A stretch of DNA of 64,000 nt from Candidatus Daviesbacteria bacterium (GCA_016176465.1 JACOXD010000004.1:114119-178118), one strand, 5' to 3'; counted from the stretch's first letter, positions 1-10,616 are shown. Notes: generated by a model not told the origin, from the letters alone. Program-made: numbers and translations.

Positions 1-85
1 TTCCTAGATAAAATGCTCCGCCAACAGCAGCAACTATTATCAAAACCCCAACCAAAACTGATACCAGAGCAAATCCTTTTTGCAT
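1..85 (-). CDS. 5' end of a pilin-like/membrane-anchored protein (runs off the window)
   Basis: Minus strand reads MQKGFALVSVLVGVLIIVAAVGGAFYLG: a class III-like QKGF motif plus hydrophobic helix, similar to the N-terminus of 403..1224. Confidence 0.7.
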   Translation of the reverse strand, partial: MQKGFALVSVLVGVLIIVAAVGGAFYLG

Positions 86-122
86 GAATTTATCATAGCA
101 TGAGATGGTATAATAGCCACAT

Positions 123-338
123 ATGAGAAAGGTTCATTCTGTTGTCTGGAAAGAAGATGAATGGTTTGTAGCTAAAGCCTTAGAGGTTGAAGTGGCTAGT
201 CAAGGAAAAAGCGAAAAAGAAGCTTTAGATAATTTAAAAGAGGCTCTAGAGTTATATTTTGAAGATCAAGCACAAATTGATCTAGCTCCAGTTCAAAAAC
301 CTAAACTGCAGGATCTATCTATCCAGGTCAATACCTAA
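123..338 (+). CDS. hicB: HicB-family antitoxin
   Basis: VVWKEDEWFVAKALEVEVASQGKSEKEALDNLKEALELYF matches the HicB pattern; TGGTATAAT extended -10 just upstream. Confidence 0.85.
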   Translation: MRKVHSVVWKEDEWFVAKALEVEVASQGKSEKEALDNLKEALELYFEDQAQIDLAPVQKPKLQDLSIQVNT

Positions 339-411
339 GCTTTATTCTGCTAAAAGAGTAATTTCTCAAAGAGGAAGCCACATCAAATTACATAAGGTAA
401 TTTTACTCTAA
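331..411 (+). pseudogene. hicA: HicA toxin remnant
   Basis: Frame reads IPKLYSAKRV-ISQRGSHIKLHKVILL*; the catalytic GSH motif is present but the middle helix and C-terminus are missing. Confidence 0.65.
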
Positions 412-1224
412 AAACTGAGGAAGGTTCCCGCTGCAGCTTTCTACCTTTTCCCAACCATTCGGCACATCACAAGGAGTTGGGAACTCTTTGCACTCACCTG
501 TTTTTGAATTTTTTGCTGGAGTAATAACTTGAATACATACTTCATCATTATTCTCAGAAGTGCTCTGCAAAAATTTGAAACTTTCTAAAATCTCTCCTGT
601 TACTTCTGGTTGATTTTGCGTTGGGAATTTGAGCAAATACATTCTGTCTTTGAATGGCACTAAAATAAACTGAGGTTTGCCATCTCTATAGTCCACAATA
701 TTGTATCCACCTAATTGCCCACTTATTGTAGCAATAAGTGTTGGTGCGATTAAGTTACTCCTTAAAGTAAAATCTCCCCAGATAAATGGGAAATACCAAT
801 ATTTTTTATACCAAGCTTCTGGGTCTAAATTATCAGGATTATTAAATACCCAAATGGTTAAAGGGGCATTTTCAAAATCCCCTTGCTTTTCTAAAAGATT
901 AACTGCCCCTACAAATTTTCCTGGCTCATAACCTACATAAGAGCTAAAGTTTTTTCTAAACTCTCCGTTCCCCCTTTTATTAAACTCTTCTTCAGACTCT
1001 TCTTTTAGAATTAAGTTGGCAGGATAGCTAAACTCAATCCCTAAACTTTGGTTTGAATAACTTTTATCTTTTTCCTTATTTTCCTGGGGTTTTAAATTTT
1101 GGGGAATCAATTTTTGAGGAGAGTCTAAATTTATCTTTTGGCTAAAGTAGAAAGCTCCCCCTACAACTCCAACAAAAACTACTATTACTATTAAAGCTAA
1201 AATTGGGGCAAATCCTTTTTGCAC
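403..1224 (-). CDS. Secreted/membrane-anchored protein with pilin-like N-terminus and small Cys-rich C-terminal domain
   Basis: MQKGF plus TM helix; C-terminal CIQVITPAKN..GECKEFPTPCDVP.GW. Confidence 0.7.
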   Translation of the reverse strand: MQKGFAPILALIVIVVFVGVVGGAFYFSQKINLDSPQKLIPQNLKPQENKEKDKSYSNQSLGIEFSYPANLILKEESEEEFNKRGNGEFRKNFSSYVGYEPGKFVGAVNLLEKQGDFENAPLTIWVFNNPDNLDPEAWYKKYWYFPFIWGDFTLRSNLIAPTLIATISGQLGGYNIVDYRDGKPQFILVPFKDRMYLLKFPTQNQPEVTGEILESFKFLQSTSENNDEVCIQVITPAKNSKTGECKEFPTPCDVPNGWEKVESCSGNLPQFLE

Positions 1225-1246
1225 TGATTTAATTGTACCAAAATTA

Positions 1247-1924
1247 TTAACGGATAGAAGAAATTATTCTCTCAACTTGGGAAGATAAATCTTCCCTGCT
1301 TGAAGCTGGAGCATTATTGTTGGAAACGCGGTGGGAAATAATTAAACCCTTACTACCTATATTTAAACACCATTGATAATTTGTAAGGTATTGATTCCCA
1401 GAAATACTGACATTAGTTTGAGTCAATTTAATTACCTGGTGTTTTCCCAGCTGGACAGTTTCACCCTGACAGTTGGTAGTATTTCCTACTATAACTGTAA
1501 TCGGTTTTATAGCTCTATCACAAACAATTCTTTGGGAAGATAAGTTTACTGGATCAAATTCAAAGTTAGATGAATTAGAGCAAGCTACAGTTCCCCAATT
1601 TTGTTGGTAACTTAACGAAAACCCATCTCCGGTATAAATCTTAACTTGGGTTAAGGATGGGCTGGGCGATGGAGTTTGAGAGGGACGAGGGCTCACTCGT
1701 ACTATTGGGGTTGGACGAGGGGTTGGACTGGGAGAAGGAGTTTGATTGAGGAATTGGCTTGTGGGGGATGGGGTCGCGCTAAATCTAGGCACCTCTGCGT
1801 TTTCAGATATATTATTTCTAAAAGATTGAGTTAAATAATAAATTGTTCCAGCAAGTATTCCTAGGATTAAAATAATTATTATCCCTGCAACAATAAGCCC
1901 CCTTTTTGCCTCCATAGTTTTCAT
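1247..1924 (-). CDS. Membrane-anchored surface protein with Pro/Ser/Thr linker
   Basis: N-terminal TM, TPSPSPTPRPTP linker, Cys-containing globular domain. Confidence 0.7.
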   Translation of the reverse strand: MKTMEAKRGLIVAGIIIILILGILAGTIYYLTQSFRNNISENAEVPRFSATPSPTSQFLNQTPSPSPTPRPTPIVRVSPRPSQTPSPSPSLTQVKIYTGDGFSLSYQQNWGTVACSNSSNFEFDPVNLSSQRIVCDRAIKPITVIVGNTTNCQGETVQLGKHQVIKLTQTNVSISGNQYLTNYQWCLNIGSKGLIISHRVSNNNAPASSREDLSSQVERIISSIR

Positions 1925-2015
1925 CTTTTACCATAAAATAATAATTTTTTAAAGACCTAGGAAATATACTCTAAGTTTGCTTGTTTAAAACAATCCATTA
2001 TTTTAAAATCAAAAG

Positions 2016-3017
2016 GTGGATTTAAGAGTAATTGATTCTTCTTTAAAAAAAGAATACAACAATTTAGTAACCCATGTTGTCCAATCCTGGCAGTGGGGAG
2101 AATTTAGAGAAAAATTAGGTACTCCTATTTACAGGTATGGAATCTTTGATAAAAATAAGCTTGTTACAGCCTTTACCATCACTTTTCATAAAATCCCCTT
2201 AACCTCTAAATTTATAGGCTACCTCCCTAAGGGAGGAGAACTTACCTCTGACTTAGCTTCCTTCCTTTTGCAAATAGGCAAGGGAAAAAATGCAGCTTTT
2301 ATTAAATTAGAACCTAATATTTTAAAATCAACCAATCTTAAAATAGATAAAAATTTTCATAAATCGCCAAAAAGTATGTTTACTAAATATAATTTTGTCC
2401 TAGATTTAACACCATCTATAGAGGAGTTATTAAAAAAAATGCATCCTAAAACCCGCTATAACATTAGATTGTCTGAAAAAAAGGGGGTAAAAGTAGAAGA
2501 AAGAGTAGATGATGAAGCTTTAGATATTTACTTAAAGTTATATTTTGAAACAACCAAACGCCAGGGCTATTTTGGTCATAATGAAACTTATCATAAAAAA
2601 GTTTGGCAAACTTTAAGGATGAATAATATGGCAAGACTTTTAATTGCTATCTATAAAAACATCCCTCTAACTGCTTGGATGCTTTTTAATTTTAAAGATA
2701 CACTTTATTACCCTTATGGTGGATCATCCAACTTACACCGTGATGTAATGGCATCTAATTTAGTAGCTTTTGAGGCGATTAAATTAGGAAAAAAATTAAA
2801 CTTAAAAAAAATTGATATGTGGGGATCACTTGGTCCTGATGCCAATCCCAAAGATCCTTGGTTTGGATTTCATCGTTTCAAGCAAGGATATGGAGGAGAT
2901 TTAGTTGAATATATTGGCACTTATGATCTAGTTTTTAATAGACCGACTTATTATTTAGTAAGTTATCTAGATCGTTTTACTAAGTTAAAATCAACTCTTC
3001 TTAGATTGTTAGGATGA
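2016..3017 (+). CDS. FemAB/FemX-family peptidoglycan bridge aminoacyltransferase
   Basis: QSWQWGEFR, YLPKG, KTRYNIR, YYPYGGS, GFHRFKQGYGG motifs. Confidence 0.9.
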   Translation: MDLRVIDSSLKKEYNNLVTHVVQSWQWGEFREKLGTPIYRYGIFDKNKLVTAFTITFHKIPLTSKFIGYLPKGGELTSDLASFLLQIGKGKNAAFIKLEPNILKSTNLKIDKNFHKSPKSMFTKYNFVLDLTPSIEELLKKMHPKTRYNIRLSEKKGVKVEERVDDEALDIYLKLYFETTKRQGYFGHNETYHKKVWQTLRMNNMARLLIAIYKNIPLTAWMLFNFKDTLYYPYGGSSNLHRDVMASNLVAFEAIKLGKKLNLKKIDMWGSLGPDANPKDPWFGFHRFKQGYGGDLVEYIGTYDLVFNRPTYYLVSYLDRFTKLKSTLLRLLG

Positions 3018-3943
3018 AGGACATACTTTATTCCTCCACCGATGCCCGTCAATCGCCAATGTGGGGAGATTATTTATCTAAAATTGGTTGGAAAATTGAA
3101 TGGGTAGAAAATATTCAAATTTTTATAAGACCACTTCCCTTTTTGCCTTTTTCTATAATTAAAATTCAACATCCACTACCTCCAATTCCCTTTAAAAAAA
3201 TTGATCAAATTGCTAAAAAAAATAAAGCTTTAGCAACTATACTAGAACCTCATAATTTTAAATTCGCTGAAAAAAGTTTTTTAGATAATGGCTACTCAAT
3301 TTCCAAATTAAGATTTGCTCATACTGCTACTACTAAAATAGATTTAACTAAACCTGAAAAAGAAATATTTAAAGATTTCTCAGAAAATGCCAAACGCAAT
3401 ATAAGAAAAGCTCAAGAGAACTTGCTAGTAAAAAACTACTTTCTAAAAGAAATTAAAAACTTTGAAGAGGTATTCCTTCAATTTTTCGCTCTTTTTAGCT
3501 CGATGCAAAAAATAAAAAAAATAATGTTACCAGGTAAAACAGAACAATCTAAAAGATTGAAAGCTTTTGCTAAAAATTCTTTTATCCTCTTTGCCTACTT
3601 AAAAAAATCTAACGGTCCTATTGCAGCTTTATGGATTTTTTTTTATAAAGATGTAGCCTATTATATGCAAACAGGGACAAGTGAGTTAGGTTATAAATTA
3701 ATGGCTAATTATTTACTTACCTTAGAAGCAATTAAGCAATCCAAAAAACTTAAACTAAAAGTCTTTGATTTTGAAGCTATTTATGATCCAAGATATAAAA
3801 GTGACCATAAATCTTGGATTAAATTTTCCGAATTTAAAAAAAGGTTTCATGGCCAAATAATTGAGTATCCCCCATCTTACATAAAATTTTACAATCCTTT
3901 CTTTAAATTATTTTATTTATGTATGACTTATTTTTCCAAATAA
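3014..3943 (+). CDS. Second FemAB-family/GNAT-fold protein
   Basis: RQSPMWGDY, IDL..NAKRNIRKA, FDFE..FSEFKKRFHG; ATGA overlap with the upstream gene. Confidence 0.8.
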   Translation: MKDILYSSTDARQSPMWGDYLSKIGWKIEWVENIQIFIRPLPFLPFSIIKIQHPLPPIPFKKIDQIAKKNKALATILEPHNFKFAEKSFLDNGYSISKLRFAHTATTKIDLTKPEKEIFKDFSENAKRNIRKAQENLLVKNYFLKEIKNFEEVFLQFFALFSSMQKIKKIMLPGKTEQSKRLKAFAKNSFILFAYLKKSNGPIAALWIFFYKDVAYYMQTGTSELGYKLMANYLLTLEAIKQSKKLKLKVFDFEAIYDPRYKSDHKSWIKFSEFKKRFHGQIIEYPPSYIKFYNPFFKLFYLCMTYFSK

Positions 3944-4674
3944 TTTTTTTAATAGCCTTAATCTTTTTTTTATTTTTTTTAATTTGGCGGTTAAGACTTA
4001 AAAGATTAAAAAGATATAAATCTTTACTCCTTGGCAATATTGATGTTTATCAAAAATATAATAAAGAGTTGGTCTTAACTATCAATAATTTTGCCCAAGG
4101 AGTATCTATTAATAATGAAAGTATTAAAAATAGTTATTGGTATAGCATAGCTAAAAAAGTAAAAGAACATACTCAAAAAAATAAAAGTCCATGTATTTTA
4201 ATGCTGGGACTTGGTGCAAATACAATTTCCGGATTAGTTAATAAACTAGACCCAAAAATCCATCAAACAATAGTTGAAATTGATCCCTTAATTATTAATG
4301 CTTGTCAGGATTATTTTGATTTAGAGAAAAATAAAAATCTAAAACTAATAAATCAAGATGCCTATAAATTGTTAAATAAAAAGCAAGCATTTGCTGAAAA
4401 ATTTGATTGCATAGTTGTTGATATTTTTATTGGTAAAGCTCCTTATCACTCACTAGATTCCAATAAGCCATTGTTTATAGAAAAGCTACTTAAATATCTT
4501 AAAAGTAACGGCTTGATTATTTTTAATAAGCCAGGTACTTCAAAAGAAACAAAAGAGGATAATCAAATTTTAATAAGTTATCTAAAAAATAACTTTAAAA
4601 ATACTGCAATGGAATATATACACGATCCAAGGGGATATAAGAATTTTATTATTTTTGGCTTTAATAAAAAGTAA
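3919..4674 (+). CDS. Spermidine-synthase-like SAM-dependent methyltransferase with N-terminal TM
   Basis: LMLGLGA, VEIDP, QDA, FDCIVVDIF motifs. Confidence 0.75.
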   Translation: MYDLFFQIIFLIALIFFLFFLIWRLRLKRLKRYKSLLLGNIDVYQKYNKELVLTINNFAQGVSINNESIKNSYWYSIAKKVKEHTQKNKSPCILMLGLGANTISGLVNKLDPKIHQTIVEIDPLIINACQDYFDLEKNKNLKLINQDAYKLLNKKQAFAEKFDCIVVDIFIGKAPYHSLDSNKPLFIEKLLKYLKSNGLIIFNKPGTSKETKEDNQILISYLKNNFKNTAMEYIHDPRGYKNFIIFGFNKK

Positions 4675-5423
4675 TGCCTAAAAAAATCGCTTTAGTGATT
4701 TTCCCAATAATTATTTTACTTTCCTTAGTATTCTTACTTATTAAAATACTATCCACTGATATAAATAATCCTTACAAAATAGTTTTAGTTGGCGATTCCA
4801 TGACCGCAATTTTAGGAGAAAACGTCAGCGAGCTTAAAGATTATTTAAAAAAAGATTTTCCTAATCAAAAGTTTGAAATTATCAATTATAGCCTTGGTTC
4901 AACTAATATCTTTTCTGTTGATGATAGACTGGAGAAGATTTCAACCATATCTGGTAGAATCCATCCTCCTATTTTAAAACAAGACTTTGATTTAATAATT
5001 ATTGAATCCTTTGGACATAACCCGTTGTCTCAATATAAATTAAAAGAAGGGTTAGAAAAACAAACTCACGCTTTAACTTCAGCAATATATAAAATAAAAC
5101 AAACTCACCCAGAATCAAGAATAGTTTTTTTGGCAACAATTGCTCCTCATAAAACCCGCTACGGGGAAGGATCAGTTGTATTAATGCCAGATAAAAGAAT
5201 TGAGTGGGCAAAAGAGAGAGTAGCCTACATAGAAAATCATATTAAATTTGCCAAGGAAAACAACATCCCTTTAGTAAATATTTATCAAAAGTCACTTGAC
5301 GAAAAAGGAGGTGGGAATATTGACTATATTAACACCAAAGACTTTATTCACCCTTCCCCAACTGGTGTATATTTAATTAGCAAAGAGATCGCTGATTTTA
5401 TTAAAAATAATCATCTTTTCTAA
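4674..5423 (+). CDS. SGNH/GDSL hydrolase, membrane anchored
   Basis: VGDSMT block I, GHN, DFIHPS block V. Confidence 0.85.
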   Translation: MPKKIALVIFPIIILLSLVFLLIKILSTDINNPYKIVLVGDSMTAILGENVSELKDYLKKDFPNQKFEIINYSLGSTNIFSVDDRLEKISTISGRIHPPILKQDFDLIIIESFGHNPLSQYKLKEGLEKQTHALTSAIYKIKQTHPESRIVFLATIAPHKTRYGEGSVVLMPDKRIEWAKERVAYIENHIKFAKENNIPLVNIYQKSLDEKGGGNIDYINTKDFIHPSPTGVYLISKEIADFIKNNHLF

Positions 5424-5448
5424 AAACTTTTTGATATAATCAAAATCC

Positions 5449-6640
5449 ATGAAACTACTTCATTTTTCTGATATTCACATTGGTATGGAAAATTATGCAA
5501 AGCTAGACCCTCAAACTGGACTATCTACTAGATTACTTGATTTTTTTAAAACTTTTGATTTTATAGTGGAAACTGCTTTTGAAAAAGAAGTTGATGCGGT
5601 AGTTTTTGCAGGAGATGCTTATAAAACTAGGGACCCAAATCCAACTCAACAACGAGGCTTTGGAGAGAGAATTAGAAAATTGGCTAAAAAAATTCCAGTT
5701 GTTTTAGTGGTAGGAAACCATGACACTCCAAATGCAGAGGGTAAAGCAAATACTTTAGATATTTACTCCGCTTTGGAAATAGATAATGTCTGGGTTTCAA
5801 GAGTTCCAGAGCTTCTAGAGATTCCAACAAAATCTGGAAATTTACAGATTGTTACTCTTCCTTGGCTTCACAAAAATGATTACAAAACTATTGGAGAAAA
5901 ATTACGTTTACTCTATGATAAAATTCAAAAAAACTCCCCTGCCATATTTTTATCACATGCTGAGGTAATTGGAGCTGAATATGGAAGTGAAAAAGGAATG
6001 ACTATTGCAAATGATGTAACAATTCCTTTGTCAATTTTGCAGGAAAAAAAGCTATCTTATGTCGCACTCGGACACATCCACAAACACCAAGTTTTATCTA
6101 AAGACCCATTAGTTGTATATGCAGGTTCTCCTCATAGGATTGATTTTGGTGAGGAAAAAGAAGAAAAAGGAATTTGTTTGGTTACCATCGATGATGTCAT
6201 TCCCGCGGAAGCGGGAATCCAAAAAAATAGATCCCCGATCAAGTCGGGGATGACATTCCCCGCCACATTCCAATTTACTAAAACTCCTTGTCGAGAGTTT
6301 CTCACCATCATTGTCAATCTAAAAGGGTCTGACCCTAACCCAACTCAAACTATTTTAAATGAGATTGGCAAACAAACTATTAATGAAAAAGTTGTAAAAG
6401 TAATTATTAATATTCCGGCAGAAATATCTGGTGAAATTGAAATGGATAAAATTAAAAAGGCTTTAAACGCTGCACACTACATTGCAGGAATCTCAAGAAA
6501 TGTTGAGAGAAAAGAAAGGATAATTATTGAAACAAAAGGAGTTGAAACTCTTTCTCCAATCCAGGCTTTAGGCAAAAAAATTTACTCCTCTTCATAAGAA
6601 AAAATTAGAAGAATATGCTGCAAAGTTACTAGAAAATTAA
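5449..6640 (+). CDS. sbcD: SbcD/Mre11 nuclease (3' frame break near 6570; in-frame palindrome insert)
   Basis: DIHIG, AGD, GNHD, YVALGHIH motifs; ORF stops at 6597 but the apparent C-terminus (KKLEEYAAKLLEN*) continues in another frame to 6640. Confidence 0.92.
6195..6255 (+). repeat. Family A double-hairpin element (TGTCAT...ATGACA) in frame in sbcD
   Basis: tgtcattcccgcggaagcgggaatcc...atccccgatcaagtcggggatgaca, encoding VIPAEAGIQKNRSPIKSGMT. Confidence 0.9.
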
Positions 6641-7400
6641 CTTTTGCCTTAATTTAAAACTGTTTGCATGACTTAAATAACCTAAATAAGATTGAAGTGG
6701 CCGATTAAAATTCTCTGATCCTAATTCTTTTAATTTTCTAAAAATTCTTCTTTTTGTTTCTGTTCTAGGCAATCTATAGTGGAGCAAAACAATATATCCT
6801 AAAAAATCAATTCCCCAATCAAGCTTTCTTAGTACAATTTTTTTAGGATGCAACTCAAGTTTTAGATGATCTTTTAGGAATTCACTGATCTGATCTATTA
6901 ATTTAGTATGATAGACTAGTCTATTAGAACTTAATAAAATTAAAAAATCATCAGCATATCTTAAATAATACTTAACTTTTAATTTGTGCTTGATAAATTG
7001 ATCTAACTCATTCATGTAAATATTAGCAAAGATTTGGGAAGTTAAATTACCTAGAGGAATACCCTTACATCCTTTGTCATCCCCGACCCATTTCGCCGAA
7101 GCGGGAGCGAGGCGAGCCTGATCGGGGATCCATGAATATTGTCTGTTTATTATATTCCCGCTTCTGCGGGAATGACATGTACAGAAACTGCTAATTACTT
7201 GTTTTAGTAACCAGGTAATACTCTCATTTGGATCATTAACATAAAAAGAAAAATAATCTCCGTGTCTGTATGTTTTACTCTTTAACATTTCATAAAGACT
7301 AAAAAGATTGTCCTCTAAGTTTCTTTCAAAAGCTTGAATATCAGCTCGTTTCTTTTTTCCTTTTCTAAACTCATTCCATGCTTGAAACAAATTATCTATC
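6629..7400 (-). pseudogene. DGR-type reverse transcriptase, internally deleted and 5' truncated
   Basis: NLFQAWNEFRKGK, FERNLEDNL, GIPLGNLTSQIFANIYMNELDQF, YLRYADD, GIDFLGY, SYLGYLSHANS; jumps from FYVNDP directly to WLLKQVISSF. Confidence 0.85.
7075..7177 (-). repeat. Family A element in frame in the RT, with a nested hairpin (7088-7117)
   Basis: Minus strand tgtcattcccgcagaagcgggaat...gatccccgatcagg[ctcgcctcgctcccgcttcggcgaaatggg]tcggggatgaca; same arms as the sbcD copy. Confidence 0.9.
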
Positions 7401-7403
7401 ACA

Positions 7404-7553
7404 CTGCCTGATTTTAGCCTTGACATACCAATTTTTACCAAACTTTATGATTTTTACAAAAATTTAAGTCAGGCAGTTACTACTTTTCCCAAAACTAAAC
7501 GTTATAGGGTATTTGTCAACATTTTACTTCCAAGCTATACTACAAAAACTTAA
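7404..7553 (+). pseudogene. N-terminal fragment of DGR accessory protein Avd
   Basis: Frame reads LPDFSLDIPIFTKLYDFYKNLSQAVTTFPKTKRY (resembles the Avd N-terminal IF.K.YD...FPK..RY pattern), then unrelated sequence. Confidence 0.65.
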
Positions 7554-7982
7554 ATGGAAAAAAAGAAATTAAAAAAAGCTGTGATTTTTATTTTTTTAAA
7601 AGATAGAAAAGTCTTAGTAGAAAAGCGGATAAGAGATGCAGAAAAAATATTGAAAAATCAACTTATTTTTCCAGGAGGAGGTTTGGAAGAAAAAGATTTC
7701 GATGATCTAGAAGTTGCGCTGAAACGAGAGATTTTTGAAGAACTCGGAGTATCCGCTTCGAAATTTTCACAATTAGCAAAAGGGTTGAAAATTATTAGTG
7801 CCGGTAAAGATGCCAGTTTACATCCATTTATTATTGAAGCTTGGGAAAATGAAATTCCTGAAAAAATTTTAGATAAAGATGTTCCTCTTTTTTGGGTGGA
7901 TATAGAAGTTATGCTAGAATCCAAAATTGCTCCAACTAAAAAAATAGCAGAATTGGTAAAAGACTATTTAGAAAATGTATGA
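7554..7982 (+). CDS. NUDIX hydrolase
   Basis: FPGGGLE..ALKREIFEELGV Nudix box. Confidence 0.85.
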   Translation: MEKKKLKKAVIFIFLKDRKVLVEKRIRDAEKILKNQLIFPGGGLEEKDFDDLEVALKREIFEELGVSASKFSQLAKGLKIISAGKDASLHPFIIEAWENEIPEKILDKDVPLFWVDIEVMLESKIAPTKKIAELVKDYLENV

Positions 7983-10179
7983 TTCCTGTTTTACTGAAAC
8001 TATCTAATTTTACAAGCTATGGAGAAAAAGCGCCTGAATTAAATTTTACAAAATTTAAGCTCGCTGCAATTTCCGGTCCTAATGGTGCTGGTAAATCTTC
8101 ACTTCTTGATGCAATAACATGGTGTCTTTGGGGAACCTCAAGAGCTGGGGACTCATCAGATGAGTTGGTTAGGCTAGGGAGCGATAAAATGTTTGTGCAG
8201 TTTAGTTTTGAACTTGACGGAAATCTTTATACTGTTAAAAGAGCAAGATCTAAAAAAAGCGGTGGAAATACTAGCTTAGAGGTTTGGTCTGGAACAGAGA
8301 AAAAGCCAGAAACACACAATTTAACAGAAGGGACAATTAAAGCGAGCCAGCAAAAAATAATTGATACGCTACACTTAAGTTTTGAAACTTTTACCAACTC
8401 CTCTTTTTTGCGACAGGGTCATGCTGATGAGTTTACTACCAAAGGTCCAACAGATAGAAAAAGAATCTTAGCTAAGAAAAAATAAAAGAAGCGGAGATTA
8501 AATTAACACTTTTGGACTATCAACTTCTGGAAATAGAAGCAGAGCTTTCTTTAAAAAAAGATCGGGAAAAAAATTTTAGTCAAATCCAAAACGAGGTAAA
8601 TTCAGCTAAAAAAGGGGTTTTAGAGATCGAAAGTTTAATAAAAACAATTGAGGAGGAAAAACAATCTATACAGGTAAAGGTCAGTACCTTACTTGAATCC
8701 AAAAAACGCTTTGAGGATTTAAACAAAGAGATTGAGGATTTAAAACTGCAAATTAAGTTAAAGGAAAATACGAAGGAGGAATACCAGCTAATTTTAGATC
8801 AAAAGCAAGTTATTGAGAAAAATTATCAAATGTTACAGAAGTTACAAGAGAAGAAAAAAACTTTGGATAACAAAAGATCACATTTAATAAAACTTAAAGA
8901 TGAGTTGGTTTTGATAGAAAAACAAATTAATGAAAGAGAGGACAAAAGGAAACAAACTATTGCCCATTTAGAAATAGAAGGTAAGGAATTTGAAACAAAA
9001 AATGAACAATTAAAACTTCAAAATGAAAAACTAAGTAAAGAAAAAACCCTATGCCCTACTTGTAATCAACCTATTAGCGGAGAAAAAAACAGGGAAATAA
9101 TTTTAAATAATAAAAAACAAATTGAAGAAAATAACGAAAAACTAAAGGATTTAAGGCAAAAAATTGAAAAATATAAAGTGGTTATTTTGCCAGAATATCA
9201 ACTGGCCAAGGGAAAAGATATGGAGGTTAAAAAATTAGAAGAGGAAACTAAAGAATATTTTGAAACAACCAAAACCCTTTTAGAATTAGATAAGTACTCC
9301 CAAGCATATATGAAACTACAGCAAGCAGAAGTTGCTGTTAAAACCCACCAAGAAACTCTAATTGATTTAGAGAAAATATATAAGATAAAAAGTAAGGATT
9401 TAGAAAAATCCCAAAACTTTAAGGAAAACCTGGATAAGTTTTCAAAGACGTTAGAGGAAATTGAGGAAAAATTAGAAGGCAAGATGGAAGTTAAAAAAGA
9501 ACTCTCCCAAAAGGTTTTAGATCTCTCAGGAAGAGCTGGTGAAGCAAAACAATTAATAGATAGAACCATCCAAATAGAAAATTTATTCAACTTGAAAAAG
9601 AAAGAGAAAAATAAATTAACTAAAGAAAAAGAAATATTTGAGGAGTTAAGCTTAGCTTTTGGTAAAAGAGGCATTCAGGCAATGATTATTGAGGCAGCTA
9701 TTCCAGAAATTGAGGATGAAGCAAATAGGCTACTTAATAAATTAACTGAAGGCAGGATGAAGGTTCGCTTTGAAACTCAAAAAGAAACAAAAACTAAAGT
9801 TCAAACTAGTGAGGGAAAAGTTCATGCTTTAGTTGAGACTTTAGATATCATCATCTCAGATGAAATGGGTGAGAGAAATTATGATCTATATTCAGGAGGA
9901 GAAACTTTTCGGGTCAATTTTGCAATAAGATTGGCAATCTCCAAATTATTAACTCATCGAGCTGGAGCAAAGTTACAATTTTTAATTATTGATGAAGGAT
10001 TTGGTACTCAAGATGCAACAGGTAGAGCAAGATTAATAGAAGTAATTGATGCTATTAAAGATGATTTTGAGAAAATTTTAATTATTACTCATCTTGAGGA
10101 GTTAAAAGACGAGTTTCCGGTAAGAATTGAGGTTTCAAAAGATGCTTCAGGATCCACTTTTGAAATGGTCGGCGCTTAA
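7979..10179 (+). CDS. sbcC: SbcC/Rad50 SMC ATPase (split at about 8470-8511 by a frame break)
   Basis: Walker A GPNGAGKSS in 7979..8485; CPTC zinc hook, YSGGE signature, IIDEGFGTQD and ITH in 8512..10179. Confidence 0.92.
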
Positions 10180-10193
10180 TATACAATTTAAAG

Positions 10194-10616
10194 GTGAGAA
10201 TTTTCAAAAAACTTCTACCTCTAATCCTCTCTATTGTAATTTTAGGATACATTATATATTTTACAAAACCTCCTAATTCTTGGCCTGAGGCATCTAGCTT
10301 TCAAATTTTATCTTTCTTTATCCCCTTTTTACTTTTTACAACTTTCACAATAAATTTATTTATTAGTTATTTGCCCAGAAGTTTCGCTATTGCGCTATCT
10401 TTAATGTTACTTTTAGTATTAAAGGCAGTTAATGAATTAAATCTATTAACAACTGCTGAAGTTTCGCTTTTAGTTTTTTTATTTTTTATTTTTCTTAAAA
10501 AGCCTCCCTTTTCCAGAAAAGATAGGTCTATAAATAAAGATGTACCAATTCCTAAATTAAGATTGAATAATGAAGCAAGTAGGAGTAAACTTAAGAATCT
10601 TGGAAGGAGAAATTAA
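10194..10616 (+). CDS. Small multi-pass membrane protein
   Basis: Four hydrophobic segments; packed in the operon. Confidence 0.6.
   Translation: MRIFKKLLPLILSIVILGYIIYFTKPPNSWPEASSFQILSFFIPFLLFTTFTINLFISYLPRSFAIALSLMLLLVLKAVNELNLLTTAEVSLLVFLFFIFLKKPPFSRKDRSINKDVPIPKLRLNNEASRSKLKNLGRRN

Noticed and set aside
6911-6924. Perfect palindrome ATAGACTAGTCTAT in the RT
   Set aside because: Single 14-nt occurrence; may be another mini-insert but there is no second copy to support it.
7401-7441. ORF-track RT N-terminus MVKIGMSRLKSG
   Set aside because: It is the antisense of the Avd-like fragment, not RT sequence.
8460-8511. Programmed frameshift in sbcC (also sbcD, metG)
   Set aside because: Expected residues are missing at the junctions, which fits deletion or misassembly rather than recoding.
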